Below are positions 1-10,166 of a DNA stretch of 64,000 nt, piece after piece. The stretch spans positions 7,655-71,654 of the forward strand of contig CAYOFP010000005.1 in the NCBI GenBank assembly GCA_964403505.1, given 5' to 3'. The notes under the pieces were generated by a model. The model did not search any database and was not told where the DNA came from. It saw only the letters and a program-made list of their open reading frames with translations. Positions within the stretch are counted from its first letter, which is position 1. Each line of letters begins with the position of its first letter. A program made the position numbers and the translations under genes. The stretch is from an uncultured Lachnospiraceae bacterium. Its GTDB lineage: Bacteria; Bacillota; Clostridia; Oscillospirales; CAG-272.

Positions 1-168
1 CGTACTCGTCTTTTCAAATATCAGAGCGACATTCTTTCCCTCACATATCTTATGCGCAATACCGGCCTTTTTCTTTGCCTTAAAATCAGCAGCAAGGTCG
101 ATAAGATACGCGATCTCCTCGGGTGTATAGTCAAGCAGCTTGAGAAAATCTCTTCCTTGTAAATTCAT
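1..168 (-). CDS. argF: ornithine carbamoyltransferase, N-terminal fragment (gene continues beyond window start)
   Basis: This gene is truncated and so is not in the ORF track. A minus-strand ATG at 168 is preceded by GGAGG. It translates to [56 protein letters not shown], a typical OTC N-terminus leading into the STRTR motif. It lies directly downstream of the argD stop at 170. Confidence 0.85.
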   Translation of the reverse strand, partial: MNLQGRDFLKLLDYTPEEIAYLIDLAADFKAKKKAGIAHKICEGKNVALIFEKTST

Positions 169-169
169 A

Positions 170-1336
170 TTATACCTCCGCACATACTTCCTTAATTATT
201 TCGAGCGCCTTTGTCAGTGTATCATCGGGTATATTCAGCGCCGGCAGGAGCCTTACCTTTGTTTTTGCCGTCAGCACCAACACGCCCCGCTCAAGGCAAG
301 CGGAAACGACATCCTTCGCCGGTTTTTCGGTCTCGATGCCGAGCATGAGTCCCTTGCCCGAGACACCCTTGATTCCTTTTAAACCCGAAAGAGTGTTTTT
401 AATTAACTCACTTTTTGCCCTGACTGATTCGAGCAGTTTTTCATCGATCCGCTCTAAAATATTGAGCGCACCTGCACAGCACACGGGGTTTCCGCCAAAG
501 GTCGAGCCATGCGTGCCGGGCGTATAGACATCTGCGCATTTCTCTGCGAGCATACATACGCCGAGCGGCAGTCCGCCGCCGATGCCCTTTGCCGTAGTTA
601 CGATATCGGGAGTGACACCGTAATTCATATAGCCGTAAAGAGCGCCCGTACGTCCGTTTCCGGTCTGCACCTCGTCATCGATAAGAAGCACGTCGTATTC
701 CTTTGCAAGCCGGGCAAGACCCGATACAAAATCAGCATCGAGGGGATTTACTCCGCCCTCTCCCTGCACCGTCTCAAACATGACAGCGGCGCATTTATGA
801 TTTTCGAGAAGCTCCTTTACCGAGCCGAGGTTATTTGCCTCGGCATACAGAAATCCGTCGGTCAGCGGCAGAAAATCGTGATGGAACACATCCTGACCCG
901 TTGCGGCAAGGGTCGTTATCGTCCTGCCGTGGAAACTGTTTACCAGTGTGATGATATGATAATACTCAGCACCCTTAGTCTCTTGTGCGTACTTTCTCGC
1001 CGCTTTAATTGCACATTCGTTTGCCTCTGCACCCGAATTTCCGAAAAAGACCTTTTTCATTCCCGTACGGGTGCAAAGCGCCTCTGCGAGCTTTGCACAG
1101 GGTGCGGAATAATAGAGATTTGACGTATGCTGGAAGTGATCGAGCTGTGCCTTTACGGCGTTTGTCCACTCCTCGTCGCACATGCCGAAAATATTTACGG
1201 CGATGCCCGTGCCGAGGTCGATATACTCTTTTCCGTCAGCGCCGTAAACGACCGAGCCTTTGCCGCCTGTTATCTCGATAGGAAAACGTGCGTAGGTCGG
1301 CGCAATATATTCTTTATCAAGGGAAAAAATATCCAT
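170..1336 (-). CDS. argD: acetylornithine aminotransferase (class III PLP aminotransferase)
   Basis: ORF 170..1372. The likely start is the internal [19 protein letters not shown] at 1336. It shows class-III aminotransferase signatures ([29 protein letters not shown]) and sits in the arg operon. Confidence 0.9.
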   Translation of the reverse strand: MDIFSLDKEYIAPTYARFPIEITGGKGSVVYGADGKEYIDLGTGIAVNIFGMCDEEWTNAVKAQLDHFQHTSNLYYSAPCAKLAEALCTRTGMKKVFFGNSGAEANECAIKAARKYAQETKGAEYYHIITLVNSFHGRTITTLAATGQDVFHHDFLPLTDGFLYAEANNLGSVKELLENHKCAAVMFETVQGEGGVNPLDADFVSGLARLAKEYDVLLIDDEVQTGNGRTGALYGYMNYGVTPDIVTTAKGIGGGLPLGVCMLAEKCADVYTPGTHGSTFGGNPVCCAGALNILERIDEKLLESVRAKSELIKNTLSGLKGIKGVSGKGLMLGIETEKPAKDVVSACLERGVLVLTAKTKVRLLPALNIPDDTLTKALEIIKEVCAEV

Positions 1337-1337
1337 C

Positions 1338-2195
1338 TTAATTATCCTCAAACATCGTGCCGATGCCCTCATCGGTCAGCGTCTCTATCAGTATCGCATG
1401 GGGAATGCGTCCGTCGATGATAAATACCTTCTTAACGCCCCACTTGATAGCATTTGAACAGCACTCCACCTTCGGTATCATACCGCCGGAGATAATGCCC
1501 TCGTCGATCAGCGTCTGTGTCTCGGAGATCGAGATATGAGGAATCAGCGATGCGGGATCGTTCTTATCGGCTAAAATACCGTCGATATCGGTCATGGAGA
1601 TAAGGCTCTCTGCGCCGAGCGCACCTGCGATCCTTGCAGCGGCGGTATCGGCGTTGATATTATATACATTCCCCTCGCTGTCACATCCGATGGTGGAAAC
1701 AACGGGGATATACCCCTTCTCGAGTACATCGAGGATCGGCTCGACATTCACTGCCGTAATATTGCCGACATAGCCGAGCGCCTCATCCTTCATCTCTGCC
1801 TGTATCATATGTCCGTCAATGCCCGAAAGGCCGATCGCCTTGCCGTCCTTATTTTCAATAAGACCCACGAGGCTCTTATTTATCTTGCCGGCGAGAACCA
1901 TCTGCACGACCTCTGCCGTCTCCTTATCGGTGACACGCAGACCGTTTACAAATTCGGTCTTTTTGCCGATCTTTTCGAGCATCTGGGTTATCTCGGGCCC
2001 TCCGCCGTGTACGAGTACGACCTTCACCCCGATCAGCGACAGGAGGACGATATCCCGCATGACGGAATCCTTTAACTGTTCGTTTATCATCGCTCCGCCG
2101 CCGTATTTGACTACAACGACCTTTCCGCTATATTCCTGTATGTACGGAAGCGCATGGACAAGTATCCGTGCGCGATCCTGATTTGATATTTCCAT
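1338..2195 (-). CDS. argB: acetylglutamate kinase
   Basis: The 285-aa product carries the VVVKYGGGAM and VLVHGGGPEI amino-acid-kinase motifs and lies in the arg operon. Confidence 0.92.
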   Translation of the reverse strand: MEISNQDRARILVHALPYIQEYSGKVVVVKYGGGAMINEQLKDSVMRDIVLLSLIGVKVVLVHGGGPEITQMLEKIGKKTEFVNGLRVTDKETAEVVQMVLAGKINKSLVGLIENKDGKAIGLSGIDGHMIQAEMKDEALGYVGNITAVNVEPILDVLEKGYIPVVSTIGCDSEGNVYNINADTAAARIAGALGAESLISMTDIDGILADKNDPASLIPHISISETQTLIDEGIISGGMIPKVECCSNAIKWGVKKVFIIDGRIPHAILIETLTDEGIGTMFEDN

Positions 2196-3409
2196 TATGT
2201 TCTGTAATCTCCGTTAATTTTTACATAATCGTATGTGAGGTCGCATCCCCATGCGGTAGCCTCGCCGTCGCCCGAGTTCAGTGCGACATTGATGATTATC
2301 TCATTTTCGAGCAGTATCTCTTTTGCCTTTTCCTCGGAAAAATCGATTCCTGCGCCATCCTTGCATACCGGGATGACCCCCTTCACCGATTCAAAGGAAA
2401 CATCGACACGGTTTACATCGATATCCTCTCCGCTGTATCCGAGAGCGCACAAAACACGTCCCCAGTTTGCGTCAGAGCCGAACATCGCCGCCTTGGTAAG
2501 GGACGAGCATATCACGCTCTTTGCCGCCGTCTTTGCAGTAGCCTCATCCTTCGCTCCGGTGACCTTACATTCGATAAGCTTGGTCGCTCCCTCTCCGTCA
2601 CCTGCAATATTCCGGCATAGATAGACCGTGACGGTATTGAGCGCACGCATAAACTCCGTAAAGTCTGCGCCTTCCGCTGTTATCTCGGGGTTTTCCGCCA
2701 TACCGTTCGCAAGGACGGTGACCATATCGTTTGTCGAGGTATCGCCGTCGACGCTGACCATATTGAATGTATTTGCGATATCGGAGGAAAGCGCCTTTTT
2801 GAGCATGTCGGTGCTTATCGCACAGTCCGTAGTGATAAAGACGAGCATAGTAGCCATATTCGGGTGTATCATGCCCGAGCCCTTTGCTATACCGCCGATC
2901 TTACATTCCTTACCGCCGCACTCAAAGGAAACGGCGATCTGCTTTAAGCGTGTATCGGTAGTCATGATACCCTCTGCCGCATCCTCGCTGTGATCGCCGA
3001 GCTCATGCACGAGCGTCGGGATCGCCGATGCGATCGGCGTAATATCAAGGCGCTGACCGATGACTCCCGTCGATGCGACTACGATATCGTCGCTGTCGAT
3101 GCCCAGCTCGTCCGCTATGAGCGTGCTCATCTTCTCTGCGATCTCGATGCCGTCGGCATTGCAGGTATTGGCGTTTCCGCTGTTGCATATGACCGCCTGC
3201 GCATATCCCGACTCAAGATGCCGCTTCGTGACGATAAGCGGTGCGCCCTTGACAAGATTTGTCGTATAGACAGCCGCAGCATTCGCCTTTTTCTCGCTGT
3301 ATATCAGAGCGAGGTCACGTTTATTCTTATTTTTGCGTATACCGCAGTGTACTCCGCTTGCGCTGAAGCCCTTGGCTGCCGTAACGCCTCCTTCTATTGT
3401 TTTTATCAT
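2195..3409 (-). CDS. argJ: bifunctional glutamate N-acetyltransferase / amino-acid acetyltransferase
   Basis: ORF 2195..3457. The likely start is MIKTIEGGVTAAKGF at 3409. It has an ArgJ-typical N-terminus and the autoproteolytic region ...ATMLVFITTDC. The start overlaps the argC stop. Confidence 0.9.
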   Translation of the reverse strand: MIKTIEGGVTAAKGFSASGVHCGIRKNKNKRDLALIYSEKKANAAAVYTTNLVKGAPLIVTKRHLESGYAQAVICNSGNANTCNADGIEIAEKMSTLIADELGIDSDDIVVASTGVIGQRLDITPIASAIPTLVHELGDHSEDAAEGIMTTDTRLKQIAVSFECGGKECKIGGIAKGSGMIHPNMATMLVFITTDCAISTDMLKKALSSDIANTFNMVSVDGDTSTNDMVTVLANGMAENPEITAEGADFTEFMRALNTVTVYLCRNIAGDGEGATKLIECKVTGAKDEATAKTAAKSVICSSLTKAAMFGSDANWGRVLCALGYSGEDIDVNRVDVSFESVKGVIPVCKDGAGIDFSEEKAKEILLENEIIINVALNSGDGEATAWGCDLTYDYVKINGDYRT

Positions 3410-4320
3410 ATTACAAGTCCTCGTGTCTGTTCTTCTCCCATTACTATATTCATACACTGTATCGCCGCACCCGATGCGCCCTTACCGAGGTTATCGTATC
3501 TCGAAATAAGGAGGATCCGCTCGGCATTTCCTGCGACGGTGACGCTCATGCTGTCTTTGCCCGAATACCCTGCACCCGAATAAAAGCCCGATTCATCGTC
3601 CGTTTCCGAATATCTTACGACAGGCCCTTGATACAGCTCGGCATATACCTTTTTGATATCGTCGACGCTGCCGTTTATCTGCGAAGCAAAGAGCGGAACG
3701 GTGACCTCCATGCCGCTGTAAAAATCCGATACGACAGGGCAGAAAAGCGGTTCGCTCCCGAGCGAGCACATCGCCTTCATCTCGGGCAGATGCTTATGGC
3801 ACTGCGTGATGCCGTACTGTCTCGGCGCTTTGAGCAACGGGTCGTCGCTGCTCTCATACTGCTCGATCATCTTCTTTCCGCCGCCGCTGTAACCCGTGAG
3901 GGAAAAACAGCTCAGCTCTGCGCTCTGCGGCAGGATCCCTGCCTGCACGAGCGGTGCGACGAGAGATATAAAACCGCTCGCATGACAGCCGGGAACGGCA
4001 ATACGTGTCGATGATGCTATCTTTTCCGCCCCGCAAAGCTCGGGGAAGCCGTAGGTCCAGCCCGCTTTCGTTCTGTGCGCAGTCGAGGTGTCGAGTATGA
4101 CCGTATCCTCGGGTGCAAGCGCTACCGCCTCGATTGCTGCCGCATCAGGCAGGCACAGAAATGCGATGTCCGCCTCACACAGAGCGTCCCGTCGGGCGTT
4201 TATATCTTTTCTTTTATCATCCGATAAAATAATCAGCGATATATCGTCTCGTTCGCTTAATCTGTCATAGATACGCAGTCCGGTAGTGCCGGCGCTGCCG
4301 TCGATAAAAACTTTTTTCAT
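3406..4320 (-). CDS. argC: N-acetyl-gamma-glutamyl-phosphate reductase (short form)
   Basis: The 304-aa product has an N-terminal GxxGxxG-like MKKVFIDGSAGTTGLRI and the active-site context VPGCHASG. It lies in the arg operon. Confidence 0.88.
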   Translation of the reverse strand: MKKVFIDGSAGTTGLRIYDRLSERDDISLIILSDDKRKDINARRDALCEADIAFLCLPDAAAIEAVALAPEDTVILDTSTAHRTKAGWTYGFPELCGAEKIASSTRIAVPGCHASGFISLVAPLVQAGILPQSAELSCFSLTGYSGGGKKMIEQYESSDDPLLKAPRQYGITQCHKHLPEMKAMCSLGSEPLFCPVVSDFYSGMEVTVPLFASQINGSVDDIKKVYAELYQGPVVRYSETDDESGFYSGAGYSGKDSMSVTVAGNAERILLISRYDNLGKGASGAAIQCMNIVMGEEQTRGLVI

Positions 4321-4381
4321 AATAATTAATTCTCTAAAATGCCATTTTTGACCGTTCGGCGAGCCAAACGGTCAAAAATAC

Positions 4382-5611
4382 TTATTTCTTTTCGTTTTTC
4401 TTTGCTACCTGAGCCTGAACCGAGATGGGCAGTCCCCAGAGGTTGATAAAGCCCTTTGAATCCTTCTGATCATATACGTGATCCTCGCCGAAGGTTGCGA
4501 TCTCCTCAGAGTAAAGCGACCAGTCGCTCCATGCACCGGCTTTTATCATATTGCCCTTATAGAGCTTTACCTTTACCTTACCCGTGACGTGCTCCTGCGT
4601 CTTTGTGACAAAGGCGGAAAGAGCCTCACGCAGGGGTGTGAACCACTGACCGTTGTAGAGCAGGTCGGCAAATGTTATTGCGAGCTCATCCTTCTTGTGC
4701 ATCGTCATCTTATCGAGGCAAAGAGACTCGAGATAGCTGTGCGCAAAGTAAAGTATCGCTCCGCCGGGAGTCTCATAAACGCCGCGGCATTTCATACCGA
4801 CGAGACGGTTCTCTACGATATCGAGAAGTCCGATGCCGTTCGCTCCGCCGACTTCATTTAATTTCAGAATAATATCCTTTGCGCTCATTTTCACGCCGTC
4901 GAGCGCAACGGGAACACCCTGTTCAAAATCGAGCGTTACATAGGTAGGTGTGTCAGGCGCCTGAATCGGAGAAACGCCCATTTCGAGGAAGCCCTCCTTC
5001 TCATACATCGGCTCGTTGCCTGCATCCTCGAGATCGAGACCCTCGTGAGAAAGGTGCCACATATTCTTATCCTTTGAGTAGTTTGTCTCACGGCTTATCT
5101 TAAGCGGAATATTGTGTGCCTCCGCATAGTCTATCTCCTCATCACGGCTCTTGATATCCCACTCACGCCAGGGAGCGATGATCTGAATATCCGGCGCAAA
5201 AGCCTTGATCGCAAGCTCAAAACGAACCTGGTCGTTGCCCTTACCGGTACAGCCGTGGCAGATAGCGTCAGCGCCCTCGGCGATCGCTATCTCTGCAAGG
5301 CGCTTTCCTATGATCGGACGTGCGAGCGCCGTGCCGAGCATATATTCCTCATATTTTGCGCCTGCCTGTACTGTCGGAACGATAACATCATTTACGAATT
5401 CATCAGTCAGATCCTCGACATAGAGCTTGGATGCGCCGCTTTTCAGCGCCTTTTCCTCGAGACCCTCGAGCTCGTCCGCCTGTCCGACATTTCCCGATAC
5501 GGCAATGATCTCGGGATCATTATAATTTTCCTTTAACCACGGAATGATAATAGATGTATCAAGTCCGCCCGAATACGCAAGTACGATTTTTTTGATTTCT
5601 TTCTTATTCAT
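4382..5611 (-). CDS. argG: argininosuccinate synthase
   Basis: ORF 4382..5701. The likely start is [20 protein letters not shown] at 5611, which includes the ATP-PPase SGGxDTS motif. An RBS (GGAGG) lies upstream. Confidence 0.92.
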   Translation of the reverse strand: MNKKEIKKIVLAYSGGLDTSIIIPWLKENYNDPEIIAVSGNVGQADELEGLEEKALKSGASKLYVEDLTDEFVNDVIVPTVQAGAKYEEYMLGTALARPIIGKRLAEIAIAEGADAICHGCTGKGNDQVRFELAIKAFAPDIQIIAPWREWDIKSRDEEIDYAEAHNIPLKISRETNYSKDKNMWHLSHEGLDLEDAGNEPMYEKEGFLEMGVSPIQAPDTPTYVTLDFEQGVPVALDGVKMSAKDIILKLNEVGGANGIGLLDIVENRLVGMKCRGVYETPGGAILYFAHSYLESLCLDKMTMHKKDELAITFADLLYNGQWFTPLREALSAFVTKTQEHVTGKVKVKLYKGNMIKAGAWSDWSLYSEEIATFGEDHVYDQKDSKGFINLWGLPISVQAQVAKKNEKK

Positions 5612-5642
5612 AACAAAGCCTCCGCTTAAATTTTCTTTCGTT

Positions 5643-5725
5643 TGCATAATTATACTATCAAAAATGCATATTGTCAAGGTTTTTATGCATAAATAATGCA
5701 TATTTGCGAATGTTTTTGCATTTTT
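5643..5725. promoter_or_regulatory. candidate ArgR/AhrC operator cluster (TGCAT-rich AT palindromes)
   Basis: Five TGCA(T)-W-rich motifs overlap the promoter. They include the 17-nt ATGCATAAATAATGCAT (5685-5701) just upstream of the -35, one in the spacer, and one abutting the -10. They resemble ARG boxes (TGAAT-W4-ATTCA type) but with C in place of A. Confidence 0.35.
5649..5677 (-). promoter_or_regulatory. sigma-A type promoter of the arg operon
   Basis: On the minus strand the sequence reads TTGACA (5677-5672), a 17-nt spacer, then TATAAT (5654-5649). The -10 element lies about 38 nt upstream of the argG start at 5611. Confidence 0.6.
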
Positions 5726-5764
5726 ATAGTTATCATCTAAATTCAGCGCCTGTTTTTGTGCAAT

Positions 5765-6721
5765 TCAACCATTCAATTTCTGCATACGGATATCTTTACC
5801 CGAAAAGACAAGCGGGATATACTCTCCCATCAGACGGGAAAGAATCCGGTCTCCGTATTTCGAGCGTATCTCGTTCGGTGACAGATTGGTACTGATGATC
5901 GTCTTTTTGCCCGAGTTCATCCTGTCGTTGATTAAACTATACAGGAAAGGAACATTATATTGGCTCGGCGCCTCGGTGCCGAGGTCGTCGATGATAAGCA
6001 GCTCACACGAGGTATATCTCGCCGCCTGATTCTCGCTCCTGCCGAATTTATCGTTTTCAAATGCGGTAATGACATTCTGAGCAGTCTCATACACCACGTC
6101 AAAGCCACGCTCGACCACGACACGGGCAATCGATGTAGAAAGATGTGTTTTCCCGAGTCCGGTCCCGCCTAAAAACGTCAGGTTCATCGAGGTATTCACG
6201 TCGAAATCCTCTGCATACGCCCGACAGAAATTCAGATTGTTTTCCGCATGTTCCCTGTCCGTTCCGGTATAATAATTGAGAGAAAATGTATCAAATGATT
6301 GTGCCTCTACGAGTTTTCCGAGGCCGCTTGCCTTCAGAGTCTCCTCCGATAACATCCGCTTGAAGCATGAGCACATCTCGCCGTCTGCAAATCCTCTGTC
6401 CATACATTTCGGGCACTCATACTCCGGGTCGGTGGCGCTCGCCGTGTAACCGTACGACTCGAGCAGACTCGCACGGGAACGCTGGAGCTGCTCGTTATCA
6501 TGACGAATCGCCGCAATGCGCTCGTCTATCCCGACAGGACCTTTTTTTATCTCGGTTATCACATGGTTTACAGTCCCGGACAGCGCCTCATCGATCTCCT
6601 TCAGTCCTTTACACTCTTTATAAAGGCGCAGGCGTCTCTCGTCCGCTGACTGCTCGGCACGAAGGCGCTTCTCATCAAAGGCGATCCGTACCTTGCGGTA
6701 TATCCCGTTATTTTGTGCCAT
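5765..6721 (-). CDS. DnaC/DnaI-like helicase loader ATPase (IstB-like AAA+)
   Basis: The 318-aa product has a Walker A (GGTGLGKTHL), a Walker B (LLIIDDLG) and an N-terminal Cys cluster (CPKCMDRGF...CSCF) like DnaI. It overlaps the upstream DnaD-domain gene. Confidence 0.8.
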   Translation of the reverse strand: MAQNNGIYRKVRIAFDEKRLRAEQSADERRLRLYKECKGLKEIDEALSGTVNHVITEIKKGPVGIDERIAAIRHDNEQLQRSRASLLESYGYTASATDPEYECPKCMDRGFADGEMCSCFKRMLSEETLKASGLGKLVEAQSFDTFSLNYYTGTDREHAENNLNFCRAYAEDFDVNTSMNLTFLGGTGLGKTHLSTSIARVVVERGFDVVYETAQNVITAFENDKFGRSENQAARYTSCELLIIDDLGTEAPSQYNVPFLYSLINDRMNSGKKTIISTNLSPNEIRSKYGDRILSRLMGEYIPLVFSGKDIRMQKLNG

Positions 6722-7730
6722 TTCCTTCTCCTATTTTTTTACTTCCACGCTTCAGCGCCGCCTCAAAAAATTCATCGGTGTCAAAGCTGGTATTCTGCAT
6801 CTTCTGCTGTCTGTATCTGTCCCGCGCCGCCTCGACGTCTGCAACGGACTTGTATCCCGATGCGTTCCATTTTTCAAGCACCTTTGCCGTGTAGGAAAAA
6901 GGCACCTTCGCTCCGTTGTTGATCGCCACGTCATATGCGAGCTTGATAAACTCCTCGGGGTATTCCTCGGCGCACCAACCGGCGATGGTCTCCTTCTCCT
7001 TTGCAGAAAGCGCGCGTGTGCCCATGCCGAAGATCGTCCGTACCTTGGATACCGTATGATCAAACAGCTCGGAGGTCTTGACATATTCTTCAAAAGCAGG
7101 CAGGCTGTCAATTCCCTGATTATACAGGGTATATGCCGTCTTTGTGACATATGCGACAGAGTTTTTGCCCTTGCCTGCGCAAAATGAAAACATGAGCAGG
7201 ATATGCTCGAGGCTCATTTTGAGATAATCTGCCATACCGACTACCCTGCTTATCTCGGTCGGAGTGAACATCGTACCGCATATCTTCTGCGCCTCGTCGA
7301 TGATTACTTTATATTCGGGGTGGGCATCCACGAGAGACGCGATCTGCTCTCCCGTATAATCCGCATGAGATGACGGCAGTACGGCGACATCCGCCTTTGT
7401 GCTCCCCGATTCCTTCTTCTCTTCTTTTACCGTCGGCGCTTTTTCCTCCGCCTTGTTTGCAGACATGGAGGACGGGGTCTTTGTCGCTCTCAGAGTCCTC
7501 GCAAATAAGCCGTGCGCTCTCAGATTCTTTATCGCCTGTGCGACATCATTGTCACTGAGTGAAAGCTCTTTTGCGAGCTTGGCGGCCGCCTGACCTTCCT
7601 CGCCCCTGTATTCGGACGAAGAATAGATCAGGATGAGCGTACGCAGCTCCGCATCCGAAAGCTTGGGAAGCAGCTTCACCGCAGCACCCGGCAAGGAAAG
7701 CACACTCCTGCCGAATTCTATCTCTATCAT
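6708..7730 (-). CDS. DnaD/DnaB(Bsu)-domain replication initiation protein
   Basis: The 340-aa product has two C-terminal DnaD-like repeats (…AYVTKTAYTLYNQG… and …FSYTAKVLEKWNASGYKSV…). It is paired with the loader ATPase, as in the Firmicutes dnaB-dnaI arrangement. Confidence 0.7.
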   Translation of the reverse strand: MIEIEFGRSVLSLPGAAVKLLPKLSDAELRTLILIYSSSEYRGEEGQAAAKLAKELSLSDNDVAQAIKNLRAHGLFARTLRATKTPSSMSANKAEEKAPTVKEEKKESGSTKADVAVLPSSHADYTGEQIASLVDAHPEYKVIIDEAQKICGTMFTPTEISRVVGMADYLKMSLEHILLMFSFCAGKGKNSVAYVTKTAYTLYNQGIDSLPAFEEYVKTSELFDHTVSKVRTIFGMGTRALSAKEKETIAGWCAEEYPEEFIKLAYDVAINNGAKVPFSYTAKVLEKWNASGYKSVADVEAARDRYRQQKMQNTSFDTDEFFEAALKRGSKKIGEGNGTK

Positions 7731-7742
7731 ATTGAAACACCT

Positions 7743-8399
7743 TTATTTTTCATTCTTTTTTTCTTTTATGGTATAACACAGAGTCATCAGCGTATCGCCG
7801 AGATAAACATCCTGCACCGTGACGCCGCTATCCTGTATGCCGAGGTCGACATTTGTATAATTCCATATGCCGGAAATACCTGCCTCACACGCAAGGGCGG
7901 CCGCATCCCGTGCAGCATCCTGCGGCACGGTGAGCACGGCGATATCGATCTTCTTATCCCTGCAATACCCGACAAAAAGCTCCATGGGAATGACCCGACA
8001 CCCGCCGATCATAGCGCCGTATTTATTCGGGTCATTATCGAAGACCGCCATCAGCTTAACACCCCGATGAGTAAACATCGTACCCGAGGATATCGCACGG
8101 CCGAGGTTTCCTGCACCGACGATAACTGCGCTGAAATTATCCTGAACGCCGAGTATTTCACCTATTTTTTTATATAAATACACCACATTATATCCGTAGC
8201 CCTGCTGACCGAAACCGCCGAAGCAATTCAGGTCATGGCGTATCTGGGATGCGGTGACGCCCATTATTTTTGCAAGCTCCCCGGAGCTGATGCGCAGGAT
8301 ATCCTTACAGTATAGATCACGTAAAAATCTGTAATACCGCGGCAGTCTGTTGATAACTGCGCTCGAAACGCCGTCTTTATTTATTTCGTTTTTTGCCAT
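7743..8399 (-). CDS. rex: redox-sensing transcriptional repressor Rex
   Basis: The 218-aa product has the Rex wHTH (RLPRYYRFLRDL…ISSGELAKIMGVTASQIRHDL) followed by a Rossmann motif (IVGAGNLG). Confidence 0.9.
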   Translation of the reverse strand: MAKNEINKDGVSSAVINRLPRYYRFLRDLYCKDILRISSGELAKIMGVTASQIRHDLNCFGGFGQQGYGYNVVYLYKKIGEILGVQDNFSAVIVGAGNLGRAISSGTMFTHRGVKLMAVFDNDPNKYGAMIGGCRVIPMELFVGYCRDKKIDIAVLTVPQDAARDAAALACEAGISGIWNYTNVDLGIQDSGVTVQDVYLGDTLMTLCYTIKEKKNEK

Positions 8400-8538
8400 T
8401 AAATCACACCGATTTCCGAAGTTCTCAACAATTTGAACAGGGTTTGAACAGGTTTGAGCCTATATTATCCCATTTTTTCCATTGAACGAACGTTATCAAC
8501 ATTATAATGCACAGGTTTTGCACAGGAAAGGCAGGTTT

Positions 8539-9162
8539 TCAGTTCTGATATTCTTCGGGGATAAAGTCCCTGTTACATTCATAAACAACATTAAATCTTC
8601 CGTCCTCATATTCGAGCAGAGCGACCGATGCGTTTTTATCAAATTCACGCACCGACATTTTTCCGGGATCGCCGAAGTGGACATATGTCATGAACGCACG
8701 CATGAATCCGCCATGCGTACATACCGCCACATACTTTCCGTCATTTTCACGGGCGATACGCTCCATGGTATCCACGGCTCTTTCATACACCTCGAGAAAT
8801 GACTCTCCCCCGACCGCACGGAAATTTTCAAAATCGGGCCCCCAATGGGACATCTCCCCAGGGTAGTCACGGAACAGAGACTCCCACGTCTTATTCTCAA
8901 ATTCCCCTGCGAATATCTCGATGACGCCCGGCTCGGGTATTAACGGTATGTCATGATATTTCGCCACAGCCTCGGCGGTACGCCTCGTCCTGATCAGAGG
9001 CGAATGATATACCTTATCGAGCGGTATATCACGGAAAAAATCTGGCAGGCACCCGAGCTGCTTTTCCCCGAGCGGAGACGGCGGCTCGTCTGTATGCCCC
9101 TGAAAAACACGGCGGACATTACCGAGCGCCTGAACATGGCGCACCATATAGATCCTCGTCAT
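8539..9162 (-). CDS. histidine phosphatase family protein (phosphoglycerate-mutase-like)
   Basis: The 207-aa product has the N-terminal RHG-type motif (IYMVRHVQALGN) and a distal catalytic His (VCTHGG). Confidence 0.8.
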   Translation of the reverse strand: MTRIYMVRHVQALGNVRRVFQGHTDEPPSPLGEKQLGCLPDFFRDIPLDKVYHSPLIRTRRTAEAVAKYHDIPLIPEPGVIEIFAGEFENKTWESLFRDYPGEMSHWGPDFENFRAVGGESFLEVYERAVDTMERIARENDGKYVAVCTHGGFMRAFMTYVHFGDPGKMSVREFDKNASVALLEYEDGRFNVVYECNRDFIPEEYQN

Positions 9163-10166
9163 TTGCCCGTCGCCCTCGCATTCAGATCATACTCTGCAGT
9201 ATTGCCTGCGATATATTCATAGTATCCCTGCGCCGCTATCATTGCGCCGTTATCTCCGCAGAGACTCTTCGGCGGAGGGCAGAAATCGATGCCGTGAGAC
9301 TTCGTGAAGTCCTCTATCGCCGCACGCAGGTGGGAATTTGCCGCAACTCCTCCGGCAAGCACGAATTGATCGAAATGATATCTTTCATATGCGAAAGCGA
9401 GCTTTTTGACAACCGAGTCGCACACCGTCTTTGTAAACGATGCGGCAATGTCCGCACGCCTAAGCTCCTCGCCCTTCTGACGGGCAGTGTTGATATGATT
9501 GATCACAGCGGTCTTAAGACCCGAAAAAGAAAATTCGAGATTATCTCCCGGTATCGCCGCACTCGGAAAGCGTATCGCCGTAGGATCACCCAATGCGGCG
9601 AGCTTATCCATCTCCGCTCCCCCGGGATAGGGCATATCCATAACACGTGCGACCTTATCAAACGCCTCGCCGATCGCATCGTCCCTGGTTCTTCCGACCG
9701 TCTCAAAGTCGGTATAACCCTTTACCCGTACAAGCGACGTATGACCGCCCGAGGCGACCAGCGCAAAAAAGGGCGGCTCGAGGGCGGGATACGCAAAATA
9801 AGATGCGGCAATATGCCCGTGGATATGATTCACGGGGACAAGCGGTTTTTCATATGCGTATGCGAGTCCCTTTGCAAAATTAACCGCAACGAGCAGTGCG
9901 CCGATAAGGCCGGGGGTATAGGTGACTGCGATGATATCGATATCATCCATGGTCACGCCTGCCTCGGCGAGCGCCTGATAACACAGAGGCGATATCGCCT
10001 CGGCGTGGGCACGGCTGGCGATCTCTGGAACTACGCCGCCGTATAACTTATGTATTTCTATTTGTGAGGAAATGCAGTTTGATAATACCGTGCGCTCGTC
10101 CTCTGACATTCTGCACACGGAAACCGCAGTCTCATCACATGAGCTCTCAAAACTTAAAACTAACAT
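9159..10166 (-). CDS. tsaD: tRNA N6-adenosine threonylcarbamoyltransferase
   Basis: The 335-aa product shows Kae1/TsaD signatures (LVLSFESSCDETAVSV, HIHGHI, GGVAANSHLR). Confidence 0.92.
   Translation of the reverse strand: MLVLSFESSCDETAVSVCRMSEDERTVLSNCISSQIEIHKLYGGVVPEIASRAHAEAISPLCYQALAEAGVTMDDIDIIAVTYTPGLIGALLVAVNFAKGLAYAYEKPLVPVNHIHGHIAASYFAYPALEPPFFALVASGGHTSLVRVKGYTDFETVGRTRDDAIGEAFDKVARVMDMPYPGGAEMDKLAALGDPTAIRFPSAAIPGDNLEFSFSGLKTAVINHINTARQKGEELRRADIAASFTKTVCDSVVKKLAFAYERYHFDQFVLAGGVAANSHLRAAIEDFTKSHGIDFCPPPKSLCGDNGAMIAAQGYYEYIAGNTAEYDLNARATGK

Noticed and set aside
509-1123. Long antisense or alternative-frame ORFs inside well-supported genes, for example 509..1123+, 21698..22600+, 25206..25802-, 27985..28662-, 48713..49225-, 60169..60804- and 51936..52670+.
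   Set aside because: Each lies entirely within or opposite a gene with clear family motifs. They have low-complexity or Arg/Ser/Pro-rich translations typical of shadow frames and lack an RBS. They are treated as non-coding.
5765-7730. The DnaD-domain and DnaC/IstB-like pair as a prophage or IS21 remnant.
   Set aside because: There is no transposase (IstA), no phage structural or lysis genes, and no flanking repeats. The composition matches the surrounding core genes. This fits the chromosomal Firmicutes helicase-loading pair.
8419-8460. A Rex operator upstream of rex (tandem TTTGAACAGG repeats and GTTC…GAAC symmetry).
   Set aside because: It does not match the TTGTGAA-N6-TTCACAA type Rex consensus. 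Only weak 4-bp symmetry is present.
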